This document shows positions 18,183 to 27,793 of a stretch of DNA of 64,000 bases, piece after piece. The notes under the pieces were generated by a model, which did not search any database, was not told the DNA's origin, and saw nothing but the letters and a program-made list of their open reading frames with translations. Made by a program: the position numbers and the translations under genes. The number at the start of each line of letters is the position of its first letter. The stretch's first letter is position 1. Source of the stretch: Polyangiaceae bacterium. GTDB lineage: Bacteria; Myxococcota_A; Polyangia; Polyangiales; Polyangiaceae. Location of the stretch: the NCBI GenBank assembly GCA_050287085.1, contig JBNKBE010000021.1, positions 32,001-96,000 of the forward strand, written 5' to 3'.

Positions 18183-18967
18183 TACTTCATCTGGGTTGCG
18201 GCGCGCAGCATGTCGTCAGCCGCGGTGATAATCTTGGAGTTGACTTCGTAGGCGCGCTGCGTGGATATCAGCCCGACCATTTCGGAGACGACGTCCACGT
18301 TCGACTTCTCGAGCGCACCTTGCAGGAGGGCGCCTCGACTGTCCGTTCCAGGGGCTCCGACCTGCGGATCGCCGCTGGCGGATGTCGCGAGATATAGATT
18401 TCGACCGAGCGAGCTTAACCCTGCCGGGTTCACGAATGCCGCAGTATTGATCTGGCCGAGCTGCGCCGGTGCTGCCTGCCCGTGCAGAGTAGCGTTGACC
18501 GTGCCGTCCGCACCCACGCTTACACTGAGCGCGTCGGGGGGGATAAGGATCGGGGGGTCGAGCGCGAAACCCTCAGCCGTGACGAGCTGACCCTGAGAGT
18601 CTTTCTGCAGGGCTCCCGAGCGCGTGTACGCGGGCACGCCGTCCGGCTGCTGGACGACAAAGAATCCGTCGCCCTCAATGGCGAGATCGAGAGGGGCGTC
18701 GGTCACCAAGATAGTGCCTTGGGAGAACTGGCGAGACGTGCCGGCCACTTTGACTCCGCTTCCGAGCTGGAGCCCGGTCGGTGACGCGGTATTGGCGTTC
18801 GTCTGACTGCCTGCGGCGCGCACCGTCTGGTAGAGCAGGTCCTGAAAGTCGATTCGCTGTTTCTTGTAGCCGTTGGTATTGGCGTTTGCGATGTTGTTGG
18901 CGATGCCGTCGAGCTGAGTCTGCTGTGCGGACATACCCGTCGCCGCAATATTCAAGGAACGAAACAT
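18182..18967 (-). CDS. flgG: Distal rod protein FlgG
   Basis: IANNIANANTNGYKK, FQDLLYQ, YTRSG, LEKSNVDVVSEMV, QRAYEVNSK. Confidence 0.96.
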   Translation of the reverse strand: MFRSLNIAATGMSAQQTQLDGIANNIANANTNGYKKQRIDFQDLLYQTVRAAGSQTNANTASPTGLQLGSGVKVAGTSRQFSQGTILVTDAPLDLAIEGDGFFVVQQPDGVPAYTRSGALQKDSQGQLVTAEGFALDPPILIPPDALSVSVGADGTVNATLHGQAAPAQLGQINTAAFVNPAGLSSLGRNLYLATSASGDPQVGAPGTDSRGALLQGALEKSNVDVVSEMVGLISTQRAYEVNSKIITAADDMLRAATQMK

Positions 18968-18979
18968 GATCTTCCTTGC

Positions 18980-18995
18980 TGCAATAGCGATGCCA
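18980..18995 (-). promoter_or_regulatory. sigma54 promoter of flgG-flgA-flgHIJ
   Basis: TGGCATCGCTATTGCA. Confidence 0.75.
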
Positions 18996-19038
18996 TCAGG
19001 TTCGGCGAAAAAGCCTCAAGGATATGGCTTCGCTGCCG

Positions 19039-19242
19039 TTAAGGCGCTGCCGCATCCGTCGAAACTTCGACACCACCGTCAGCGGGATAACTCTCAGGGC
19101 TTGCCGCGTCAGATTCGTTGCGGAGTTGGCACCAGGTAAGTCGACAGCGGTAGTCGGGAGGACAGTCCGATTGTCGTAGGCACTGTACCTCGGTGCAGCC
19201 GGTCACTAGTAGCAGCCATGGGAGGGTGAGCAGAACGCGCAT
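19039..19242 (-). CDS. Small Cys-rich lipoprotein (67 aa)
   Basis: MRVLLTLPWLLLVTG-C lipobox followed by C-x5-C-x5-C-x4-C. Confidence 0.7.
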   Translation of the reverse strand: MRVLLTLPWLLLVTGCTEVQCLRQSDCPPDYRCRLTWCQLRNESDAASPESYPADGGVEVSTDAAAP

Positions 19243-19244
19243 CG

Positions 19245-19853
19245 TTAGAATCCCACGCGAAAGCCGAGATCGGCCGTTAGCCAAGTCAAAACAGAATCCG
19301 GAGTGGGGCGATCGCTTCCAAGGGGGAATGACGCGAGACCGAGCTCCGCGCTGAGAGCGAGTTCGTCGGTGAAGCGAAAGATATAGCCACCGCCTGCGCG
19401 AGCGCCGAGCAGGGTGCGAGGACGCCAAACCAAGATGGGACCGACGAATCCGGTCAATCCCCAGGGCAAGGTAGCTCTGCCGTGGAAAGCCAGTCCGAAG
19501 GAACCGCTCCGCTCGAGTTCGAACACGCCGAAGAGTCCCATGCTGAAGGGTGTTTCGCTGCCGCCCCATTCCCCACCCAACGTCATGCGCGTTCGCGCGC
19601 GGTGCCAGTAGAGATTGCCCGTTCCAGGATCCGCCCCTTCGATCCCGGTGCCTAGGGCGAGCACTCCTTCAACCTGTCGCGGTCCATCTGCCCGGGCGTG
19701 GGGGCACCAAGTCACCGCGGCCAATGCGAGCAGGCAGGCGTGCGCAGCAACCCGCCCCAGTGCGATTCGGGGCGCGGTTGTTCTGGCGCCAGTATCGGTC
19801 GCCGCGCGGGCGCGCCCGGCGGCGGAGACGCGGCAGCCCGTCTTGAAGGTCAT
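19245..19853 (-). CDS. Putative small outer-membrane beta-barrel protein
   Basis: Signal peptide ending ARA, alternating Gly/aromatic strands, C-terminal LGFRVGF. Confidence 0.65.
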   Translation of the reverse strand: MTFKTGCRVSAAGRARAATDTGARTTAPRIALGRVAAHACLLALAAVTWCPHARADGPRQVEGVLALGTGIEGADPGTGNLYWHRARTRMTLGGEWGGSETPFSMGLFGVFELERSGSFGLAFHGRATLPWGLTGFVGPILVWRPRTLLGARAGGGYIFRFTDELALSAELGLASFPLGSDRPTPDSVLTWLTADLGFRVGF

Positions 19854-19864
19854 GCGGTCCGGCC

Positions 19865-20974
19865 TCAGGCGGCGCGATTGATGCGCTTGCGCTTCAACAT
19901 CTCGACCAGCGTCGTCCGGTTGAGACGAAGCAAGGTGGCGGCGCGATTCTTGTTCCAGCCTGTTCGGTCGAGGGCCTGCTTGATCAGTTCGTTCTCGAAG
20001 GACTCGACGGCCTGTCGCAGGTCCAGGCCCAGTTCTGGCAGCTGTGGCGAGGCGCTGCTCTGAGGAGAGTCGCCCAATCCACGCAGTTTCGCAGGGAGAT
20101 CTTTGGGTTCGATGCGCTCACCGTTGCAGAGCAGTAGCGCTCGCTCGATTGTATTCTCAAGCTCGCGCACGTTTCCAGGCCAGTCGTAAGACGCCAGTAG
20201 CTGCCGGGTGGCGGCGGCCAGCGGGCGCGAAGCCCGCCCCGTCTTATGCGCCGCGCGATCCATGAAGTGTGCAACGAGGGTCGGAATGTCGCTTGCACGT
20301 CGGCGGAGGGGAGGCACTTGCAGATGAATCACGTTGAGGCGGTAGTACAGATCTTGTCTGAACGTGCCCTTGTTCACGGCGTCCTCGAGATCGATATTGG
20401 TAGCCGCGACGACCCGCACATCGGCTTTGAGGGTGCGCGTATCGCCGACTGGTGAATACTCGTGGGCCTGGAGAACGCGCAGAAGCTTGACCTGAAGCGA
20501 GAGCGGCATCTCTCCAATTTCGTCGAGAAAGAGCGTTCCCTTGTCAGCAAGGCCGATGCGTCCAACCTTCGACGTATGGGCTCCCGTGAATGCGCCGCGG
20601 GCGTGGCCAAATAGCTCGCTCTCGAGCAGGTTTTCCGGGATGGCGCCGCAGTTGACCGCGACAAATGGACCGTTCGCGCGGTCGCTTACCTGATGTACCG
20701 AGCGGGCCACCAGTTCTTTGCCGGTTCCGCTTTCGCCTGTGATCAGGACCGTGCAGGCCGTGTCCGCGACTCGATCGACCACCTCGAATACCTCGACCAG
20801 CTCGTCGGCACCACCTACTACGTGAGCCATCGAGCGTGGACGAGGCCGACTTGGCTCCACTGGGGCACTCGCGACAGCGTCGAAGTCTTCCTGGCCGTCG
20901 TTCCCGTTGGCCACCCAGCTTTCGGTGCCATCAAGTACGAGCTCAGAAAGGTAGTCTGCTTGTTGCTTGTCCAT
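19865..20974 (-). CDS. sigma54-dependent activator, FleQ/FlrA-like flagellar master regulator without a receiver domain
   Basis: [38 protein letters not shown]; FleQ-type [12 protein letters not shown]; sits between the two flagellar arms. Confidence 0.85.
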   Translation of the reverse strand: MDKQQADYLSELVLDGTESWVANGNDGQEDFDAVASAPVEPSRPRPRSMAHVVGGADELVEVFEVVDRVADTACTVLITGESGTGKELVARSVHQVSDRANGPFVAVNCGAIPENLLESELFGHARGAFTGAHTSKVGRIGLADKGTLFLDEIGEMPLSLQVKLLRVLQAHEYSPVGDTRTLKADVRVVAATNIDLEDAVNKGTFRQDLYYRLNVIHLQVPPLRRRASDIPTLVAHFMDRAAHKTGRASRPLAAATRQLLASYDWPGNVRELENTIERALLLCNGERIEPKDLPAKLRGLGDSPQSSASPQLPELGLDLRQAVESFENELIKQALDRTGWNKNRAATLLRLNRTTLVEMLKRKRINRAA

Positions 20975-21246
20975 AGTCTTGTTCACCAGTGCCTTCGGGG
21001 AGGGATGCCAGGACGCGGGAGAGCGCCCATCTCGAAGGGGTAGTGAGCAAGCATCGGGCCAACGTCGGGCCATTGGCACAAGCCGTTGGTTTCTTGGCGT
21101 TTTTTCCGCCTGCCTGGCTCTCCAAAGACCACACGGTAACCGGGTGTATCAAGACCGGGGCGAAAGCTAGCGCTCGCTGAGAGACACTTAATAAAGCGTA
21201 GCGATCGCACAGGCTTGTCCCGGGCCTGGGATGCAAGACACCCGTT

Positions 21247-21280
21247 GGGGTAAATTCTACCCCGGGGTCTGAAATTACCC
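21247..21280. promoter_or_regulatory. Tandem inverted repeats, candidate activator-binding enhancer
   Basis: GGGGTA-AATTC-TACCCC followed directly by GGGGTCTGAAATTACCC, 110-140 bp upstream of the flgB promoter. Confidence 0.5.
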
Positions 21281-21388
21281 AGATAGTCCTAGCCGACTAA
21301 CTGGGGCTCTTCGTCGGTACAAGCCGCTATTTGCAGGGAAGAACGACGCCGGCCGGGGATCCTCAAACAAAAAAATGCAGAAGTGAGG

Positions 21389-21404
21389 TGGCACGGCGCG
21401 TGCT
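21389..21404 (+). promoter_or_regulatory. sigma54 promoter of the flgB operon
   Basis: TGGCACGGCGCGTGCT. Confidence 0.75.
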
Positions 21405-21416
21405 CATAGGAATCCC

Positions 21417-21815
21417 GTGGCGGATCTCTTTTCGGGCGTGGCCCCTTTCCAGCGTGCACTCGACTTCCATTTGGAACGGCACAACTTGTTGGCCTCGAAC
21501 GTCGCGCATGTGGATACCCCCGGCTACAAGCCGAAGGACGTAGAGCGCACGAGCCACACCGCGTTTGGGGAGGCCTTGAGCGTAGCGATGGCGCGCTCCA
21601 ACCCAACACATATGAACGTGGGGGGGGGCGCCGGCGCAGAAGGTCGCGTTTTCGAAGACCTGAGCGCCGGGGGCGGAGCGGATGGCAACTACGTTTCCTT
21701 GGATCGTGAGGCCGCCAAACTGGCGGCCAATCAGCTGCGCTACGATCTTGTCAGTGTGTTGGTGAGCAGTGAACTGAAGGGGCTGATGTCAGCCGCTGGC
21801 GACATGAAGGGGTGA
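21417..21815 (+). CDS. flgB: Proximal rod protein FlgB
   Basis: LASNVAHVDTPGYKPKD, DGNYVSLDRE, NQLRY. Confidence 0.93.
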   Translation: MADLFSGVAPFQRALDFHLERHNLLASNVAHVDTPGYKPKDVERTSHTAFGEALSVAMARSNPTHMNVGGGAGAEGRVFEDLSAGGGADGNYVSLDREAAKLAANQLRYDLVSVLVSSELKGLMSAAGDMKG

Positions 21816-21821
21816 TGTCTG

Positions 21822-22253
21822 ATGTTGGGTGTCTTTAGTGCAATGGAGATCTCCGCGTCTGGGCTATCGGCCCAGCGCACTCGCATGAACACCATCGCGA
21901 GCAATCTGGCGAACTCGCGGACAACGCGGACTGAAGCTGGCGGACCGTATCAGCGTGTAGATCCAGTGTTTCGAGCCGTGGCTCTGGAGAAGATGCGGGC
22001 GCTAACTCCGGCGGAACACTCCGTGAGTTTGGTGGGGGTTGCGCAGATCGCAAGCGATCCACGTCCAGGACCTGTTGTCTATGAACCGACGCACCCCGAT
22101 GCCAATGCAGAAGGCTACGTCGAGTACCCCAACGTCAACGTCGTAGAAGAAATGGTCAACATGATCACGGCTTCGCGCGCGTATGAGGCCGGCATCACGT
22201 CCATTGAGGCGGTGAAGGGGCTAGCGCAGTCGGCGTTAGAGATAGGCAAGTAA
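21822..22253 (+). CDS. flgC: Proximal rod protein FlgC
   Basis: SGLSAQRTRMNTIASNLAN, HPDANAEGYVEYPNVN, ASRAYEA. Confidence 0.96.
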   Translation: MLGVFSAMEISASGLSAQRTRMNTIASNLANSRTTRTEAGGPYQRVDPVFRAVALEKMRALTPAEHSVSLVGVAQIASDPRPGPVVYEPTHPDANAEGYVEYPNVNVVEEMVNMITASRAYEAGITSIEAVKGLAQSALEIGK

Positions 22254-22254
22254 C

Positions 22255-22581
22255 GTGGGGATCGCACCCGTCGGTCCGGCGCCGTTTCCGCTTGAAGCAG
22301 GCGGGACTTCGAGCCCCCAGGCATTTCGACCGGTATCGCCCGATGGTGGACAGGTCGAGAAGGTCTCCTTTGCTGACGTATTTGGACAGATGGTGGTTTC
22401 TGCCAATCAGCAATCTCAGGTCGCGGAACAGGCGGCTGTGATGCTCGCCGAGGGGCGCAGCGATGATATTCATGGCACGATGATCGAGGGGCAGAAGGCC
22501 GCGATCCAGACCAAGTTGGTGGGTCAGGTGAAGAACAAGGTGGTCGACGCCTTCTATGAGCTCTGGCGGATGAACATCTAG
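22255..22581 (+). CDS. fliE: Hook-basal body protein FliE
   Basis: C-terminal VKNKVVDAFYELWRMNI; synteny. Confidence 0.9.
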   Translation: MGIAPVGPAPFPLEAGGTSSPQAFRPVSPDGGQVEKVSFADVFGQMVVSANQQSQVAEQAAVMLAEGRSDDIHGTMIEGQKAAIQTKLVGQVKNKVVDAFYELWRMNI

Positions 22582-22592
22582 GGCAGCAGACT

Positions 22593-24221
22593 TTGGCTTT
22601 CTGGCAACAACTCAGAACTCTCTGGGCGTCCTTATCTACGGTGAAGCGCTACGCGCTCGTCGGCATGACGCTTGGCGTACTGATCATCGTTGCCGCCGTC
22701 GCTTTGATTGGTGCGCAGGTTAACTACGTCTACCTGTATACGGAGTTGGAACCCCGCGATGCGGCGGCGATTGTGGAGAAGCTGGGCGAGCTGCAGGTCC
22801 CTCACGAGATTGAGGCGGGGGGGACGGCTGTCAAGGTGCCTCGCAAGCGACTGCACGAGGTCCGACTGGCGCTTGCCGCGGAGGGCCTGCCCTCCGGTGG
22901 CGGCGTTGGCAATGAGCTCTTTGATACAGCACGGCTTGGAGCCACGGAGTTCGAGCAAGAGGTCAACCTAAGGCGGGCCCTGGAGGGCGAACTTGCGCGC
23001 ACCATTGCAACGATTGACGGCGTGGACAGTGCGCGTGTTCACCTGGTGCTCCCGAAGCGACGACTCTTTGCCGGTCGTACGGAGGGCGCGTCGGCTTCCG
23101 TATTGCTGCACTCTCGTGGAGGGAGTCGGGTCGGGCGACGCGAGGTAAACGCTATCGTCCATCTCGTGGCGACGGCCGTGCCGCAGCTGACTCATGAGCG
23201 CGTCGCGGTTATCGGTTCGGACGGCGCGACGCTGCATCGACCCGAATCGGAGCAGGAGTCGGGCGTGAGCGACGCACAGCTCGACCGGCAGCGTGAGGCG
23301 GAGCGCGAGCTGGAGTCCCGCGTACGCTCGCTCTTGGAGCGCTCGACGGGACCCGGAGCGGTTGAAGTTCGCGTGCACCTTGACGTGGATACGTCGGCGC
23401 GAGAGCGTACTGAGGAACGCTTCAATCCGACCAATACCGCCGTTCGCAGCGAGCACAAGACGGAGGAACTGACGGGAGTACAGGAGGCGACCGTCGCGGG
23501 GGTGCCCGGAGCGGCGGCAAACCTACCCAACGTTGCCCCGGCGGTGGCTCCGGAACTGGCGGGTGGCGAGGGCAACCTGGTGCGACGCAGCCACACCCGC
23601 AACTGGGAAGTCGACCGGGTTGTCGAAAAGACCCAACTGCCGCCCGGGCAACTGGAGCGCCTCAGCGTTGCCGTGTTGGTGGACGGCAAATACGAACTGA
23701 AAGAAGGTCAGGAAGTATACACCCCGCGACCGCAGGAGGAATTGGATCAGTTCCGCGCTGTCGTGGCGACGGCGGTTGGCTTCGACGAAAAGCGGGGGGA
23801 CTTGATAGAGTTGCGCTCTCTCCGCTTCTCTCGGCCACCGCCGCCGGAGCCCGAGCTCCCCGATCCAATGCGCAAGGTGCGGCAGTACGCCCCCTACGCG
23901 GCGGCAGCTTTTGGGGCATTGGTTGTGTTGTCGGCGCTAGCCATCGTGTTACGACGCAAGCGCAGGTTGGCGCAGAAGTTTGAGAAAGAGCTGCAGGCGC
24001 GCGCCGAACACGAGGAGGAGTTGCGCTTGGCGGCGGCGGAAGCGCGACTGCTGGAGGAAGAGTCTCAGGCGACGACTGATGAGCTCGACCCGACCAGAGC
24101 TTTGCATCGCCGCACCGAGGCCTTGGAGATCGCGACGAGTGATCCGGCGACGGCGGCCATTGTGCTTCGCCAGTGGTTGCATGAAGGGTCGGAAATAAAA
24201 GGAGCAAACGCGGGTGGATAA
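22593..24221 (+). CDS. fliF: MS-ring protein FliF
   Basis: Two TM segments, RALEGELARTI, ARVHLVLP, ASASV, RLSVAVLVD. Confidence 0.95.
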   Translation: MAFWQQLRTLWASLSTVKRYALVGMTLGVLIIVAAVALIGAQVNYVYLYTELEPRDAAAIVEKLGELQVPHEIEAGGTAVKVPRKRLHEVRLALAAEGLPSGGGVGNELFDTARLGATEFEQEVNLRRALEGELARTIATIDGVDSARVHLVLPKRRLFAGRTEGASASVLLHSRGGSRVGRREVNAIVHLVATAVPQLTHERVAVIGSDGATLHRPESEQESGVSDAQLDRQREAERELESRVRSLLERSTGPGAVEVRVHLDVDTSARERTEERFNPTNTAVRSEHKTEELTGVQEATVAGVPGAAANLPNVAPAVAPELAGGEGNLVRRSHTRNWEVDRVVEKTQLPPGQLERLSVAVLVDGKYELKEGQEVYTPRPQEELDQFRAVVATAVGFDEKRGDLIELRSLRFSRPPPPEPELPDPMRKVRQYAPYAAAAFGALVVLSALAIVLRRKRRLAQKFEKELQARAEHEEELRLAAAEARLLEEESQATTDELDPTRALHRRTEALEIATSDPATAAIVLRQWLHEGSEIKGANAGG

Positions 24222-25212
24222 CGGGGCACAGAAAGCGCTTTCCGGACCGGAGAAGGCCGTACTACTGCTGTTGTCGCTTGAGGAGACGGCGGCCTCGCCG
24301 ATCGTGGCTGAGCTCGAAGCCGAGGATGTCCAGCGCTTGCGCGAGGTTGCACAGCATATGCGGAGTGTTCCGGCCTCAGCGCTTGACGCCGTGTACGACG
24401 ACTTCGTGCGGCGCTCTCAGGTGGCCGTGGCTGTGCCCAAAGGTGGCCTGGGCTATCTGCGGCGCCTCACCAGTCGTGCTCTAGGTGAGGAGACCACTCA
24501 GGCGATATTCCAAGATAGTCCGCCCACGGCGATCGAGCGCGTGGCGGCGGCGGATGGGCATACCTTGGCCGGGCTCCTGGAAGGGGAGCATCCGCAGTTG
24601 GTAGCTGCGTTGCTGTCGCAACTGTCAGCGGAACGGTCTGCCGCGGTAATCGAGGCATTGCCCGAAGGCGTTCGTGCAACGGTGCTTCAGCGGCTTGGAG
24701 CGCTGACGGAAATACCGCGCTCATTGCTCGAGGGTGTGGCTGAGGCTCTACTCGCCGAGCTGCCGGGGGAGAGTTCCAACGAGACGCTGGCCATCAATGG
24801 CGTCAAGCGTTCGGCTCAGCTGGTGCGCAGTTTGAGCAAAGAAACCTGCGAGGCACTGCTTGGCGACGTGGAAAACCTCGACGAGGAATTGGCAACGGAG
24901 ATCCGCCGAGCCATGTACTCGTTTGACGACCTTCGAGCGATCGATCCTCGTGCGATGCGTGAGCTGCTCAAGGCAGTTCCAGGCGACCGACTCACTCTTG
25001 CGCTCAAGACCGCTAGCGTGGAGATGCGGACGCATATCTTCGGCGGAATGTCGAAACGCGCTGCGGAGCGGATTCAGGAAGACCTCGATCTCTTGGGCGC
25101 TGTGCGCCTGAGCGAGGTCGAACAAGCCCAGACCGAAATCGTCGAAATCGCTCTGAGGTTGGAAGCAGAAGGTACTCTTTCGTTAGGAAATGACGGTGAA
25201 GACCTCGTTTAA
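24214..25212 (+). CDS. fliG: Motor switch protein FliG
   Basis: KAVLLLLSL, EHPQ, MYSFDDL, torque helix MSKRAAERIQEDL, VRLSEVEQAQ. Confidence 0.95.
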   Translation: MDNGAQKALSGPEKAVLLLLSLEETAASPIVAELEAEDVQRLREVAQHMRSVPASALDAVYDDFVRRSQVAVAVPKGGLGYLRRLTSRALGEETTQAIFQDSPPTAIERVAAADGHTLAGLLEGEHPQLVAALLSQLSAERSAAVIEALPEGVRATVLQRLGALTEIPRSLLEGVAEALLAELPGESSNETLAINGVKRSAQLVRSLSKETCEALLGDVENLDEELATEIRRAMYSFDDLRAIDPRAMRELLKAVPGDRLTLALKTASVEMRTHIFGGMSKRAAERIQEDLDLLGAVRLSEVEQAQTEIVEIALRLEAEGTLSLGNDGEDLV

Positions 25213-25990
25213 AAAGCCTCGAATGACTCCCGACGGTGAGGTGAAGTTTGCAGATGTCGCAAGCCATCGGCCAGCACCGCCGTCGTGGCTGACCTCCGCC
25301 GAGGCGATGCTGACCGACCCCACGGTGAGCAGTCTCAGGCCGCCTCGCATTCCTCGTGAAGGCCTGGAGTTCGTGTCTAGTGAACGACCGCGCGTGGACT
25401 CGACGCCGCCTACTACCGTCGGCACGTGGTTGAAGGATCTTGACGGAATGCGCAAAGCGCGGCCTGCGTCGGTTCCCGCTCCCGGAGAGGTGTCGGACGT
25501 GCTGAGAGGGGGGGAGCCGGCCGTGCGTCGCGTCGACACGCTGATCGATGACCTGAACCCACGGGCGGATGAAGAAGCCGTTCAGGCGATTGAGGCGGCC
25601 CTGGCGGAAGTGGTTGCGGAGCGGCAGCGACAATTGATGGACGCAGAAGAACAACTGTTGGAGTTGGTCAGCGTGATAGCGCGACGGGTGATAGCGCGGG
25701 AGCTATCGCTTGACCCCTCATTGATTCGCGGCGTGGTCACGGAGGGGGTCCTTGCCTTGGCGGAGCAGGATCACGTTGTCGTCAAACTCGGGGACTTCTT
25801 CGGTGAGGTCTTGGAGCAGGTCGCGGCCGCTGCGGCCCAGATCGGCGTTGAGGCGGAGGTGATTGTGGATCCGGCGCTTGGACCTTACGGCTGCAGGATC
25901 GAGACCCGCTGGGGCAGCGTCAACGAGGCGGTGGAGGAGCGGCTATCGAATCTGCTGGCGAGCATTAGCATCTACCCGCCGAGGCGTTGA
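25190..25990 (+). CDS. fliH: Export ATPase regulator FliH (divergent N-terminus; start uncertain)
   Basis: LLELVSVIARRVI, DPALGPYGCRIETRWG; lies between fliG and fliI. Confidence 0.8.
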   Translation: MTVKTSFKKPRMTPDGEVKFADVASHRPAPPSWLTSAEAMLTDPTVSSLRPPRIPREGLEFVSSERPRVDSTPPTTVGTWLKDLDGMRKARPASVPAPGEVSDVLRGGEPAVRRVDTLIDDLNPRADEEAVQAIEAALAEVVAERQRQLMDAEEQLLELVSVIARRVIARELSLDPSLIRGVVTEGVLALAEQDHVVVKLGDFFGEVLEQVAAAAAQIGVEAEVIVDPALGPYGCRIETRWGSVNEAVEERLSNLLASISIYPPRR

Positions 25991-27303
25991 TGTCGGAGCG
26001 GCTTGAACGGTTGGTTGCGCGGGCTCACGACGCACCCATGCACCAGCCCGTGGGCGTCGTAGTCGACGTGGTGGGCCTGGTGGTAGAGGTGGCGGGTCTC
26101 AAGGCGGGGGTCGGTGACTTGCTCGAGGTGGTCGATCCGTCCGCGGGTGGACTGCTCTTGGAGGTGGTGGGGTTTCGCGACAACAAGCTCCAGGCGACGC
26201 CCCTGGGCGCCACCTCCGGGATCCGTCCGGGCGCCGCCGTTCGACTGAGCAGTAGCCAGGCGCAGGTGGCTGTGGGCCCTCATCTGCTAGGACAGATCCT
26301 CGATGCGTTTGGGCGCTCTTTGGAGGGCAAACGAATGCCCCGCGGTCACCGATACCCGCTCAAGGCGGCGCCGCCGCCGCCTTTCGGACGCCGTCCTATC
26401 GACCGGGCATTGGGCACGGGCGTGCGGGCTATCGATACCCTGCTCACCCTGGGCGTGGGGCAGCGCATGGGCATCTTTGCCGGAGCGGGGGTTGGCAAGA
26501 GCACCCTGCTCGGCATGATCTGCCGTAAGTCAACAGCCGACATCAACGTGGTAGGGCTGATCGGAGAACGTGGGCGGGAGCTCAATGACTTCGTGCGCAA
26601 CAGTCTGGGAGCGGACGGCATGGCGCGCAGTGTCGTCGTGGCGGCAACCAGCGATCAGCCGCCTCTTGTGCGTGCGCGTGGTGCTGAGACAGCCACGGCG
26701 ATAGCGGAGTACTTTCGCGATCAGGGCAAGAGCGTGTTGCTCGTCATGGACTCGGTCACACGCTACGCGATGGCTCTGCGTGAAGCCGCGTTGGCGGCGG
26801 GTGAACCGCCGGCGACCAAGGGCTATCCGCCCAGCGTCTTCGCGGCTCTACCCAGGCTGATGGAAAGGCCTGGTACCTCCAGCGGTGAGGGGGTTATCAC
26901 GGCACTCTACACTGTCTTCGTCGAGGGGGACGACCTCAGCGATCCGATCGCCGACGCCGCTCGCGGCATTCTAGACGGACACATCGTCATGTCTCGACGG
27001 CTGGCAGAAAAAGGCCACTTTCCCGCGATTGACGCGCTTCAGAGCGTGTCGCGTCTGGCGCCCGAAGTGACCGACCAGCGACAGCGTGACCTAGCCAACC
27101 ACACTCGGCGACTGCTGGGAGCTTATCGGGATGCCCAGGACCTTATCCAAGTCGGGGCCTATGTCAGTGGAAGCGACCCTGCTGTCGACGAAGCACTGTC
27201 CGCGGTACCGCGCATCGAGGCCTTTTTGCGGCAGCCAGTTGCAGAAACAACTCCGTTCAAGGAGTCGTGGGCGCGCCTGCAGCAGGCTCTCGCCGTACGA
27301 TAA
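25990..27303 (+). CDS. fliI: Flagellar export ATPase FliI
   Basis: GAGVGKST, LIGERGRE, MDSVTRYA, KGYPPSVF, ILDGHI. Confidence 0.96.
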   Translation: MSERLERLVARAHDAPMHQPVGVVVDVVGLVVEVAGLKAGVGDLLEVVDPSAGGLLLEVVGFRDNKLQATPLGATSGIRPGAAVRLSSSQAQVAVGPHLLGQILDAFGRSLEGKRMPRGHRYPLKAAPPPPFGRRPIDRALGTGVRAIDTLLTLGVGQRMGIFAGAGVGKSTLLGMICRKSTADINVVGLIGERGRELNDFVRNSLGADGMARSVVVAATSDQPPLVRARGAETATAIAEYFRDQGKSVLLVMDSVTRYAMALREAALAAGEPPATKGYPPSVFAALPRLMERPGTSSGEGVITALYTVFVEGDDLSDPIADAARGILDGHIVMSRRLAEKGHFPAIDALQSVSRLAPEVTDQRQRDLANHTRRLLGAYRDAQDLIQVGAYVSGSDPAVDEALSAVPRIEAFLRQPVAETTPFKESWARLQQALAVR

Positions 27304-27349
27304 CCTCTGGAGCGGCGCTCCTTACAAGCACTAACCCCGCAACTCTCCC

Positions 27350-27793
27350 ATGGAACAGCGACTGAAGAAGCTTGCTACCTTGCTGAGCCTGCGCGAGCGG
27401 GAGCTTCACGGGGAGATGCGGCTATTGGCTCAGGCACGCGCCCATGAACGGAACGCGGAGGAGGTAGAGCGAGAGGCCAATCAAGCAGTGACCCACGCTA
27501 TCGAGCGTCGGCGCAGCTTGGCGACTCGAGCTGCCGGCGCTGAAGACTACCTCGTCGCCGACAATTGGACAGAGACGACACTCATGCGTCTGCGACGCGC
27601 GCAGCTATCACACCGCCGCGCCAAGACCGAGACTGCACGCTCCGCAGCTCGTGTGATGACGGCTCAAAACCGCGTCACGCAGGTTGAGACACTGATCGCT
27701 CGAGTGCGGGCGGAATTGGATGCTGAGCTGCGTCGCAAAGAGCGCCGACTCGAGGACGAAATCACTCAGAACCTGACCAGGAGAAATCGATGA
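27350..27793 (+). CDS. fliJ: Export protein FliJ
   Basis: 147-aa coiled coil ending KERRLEDE, directly after fliI. Confidence 0.7.
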   Translation: MEQRLKKLATLLSLRERELHGEMRLLAQARAHERNAEEVEREANQAVTHAIERRRSLATRAAGAEDYLVADNWTETTLMRLRRAQLSHRRAKTETARSAARVMTAQNRVTQVETLIARVRAELDAELRRKERRLEDEITQNLTRRNR

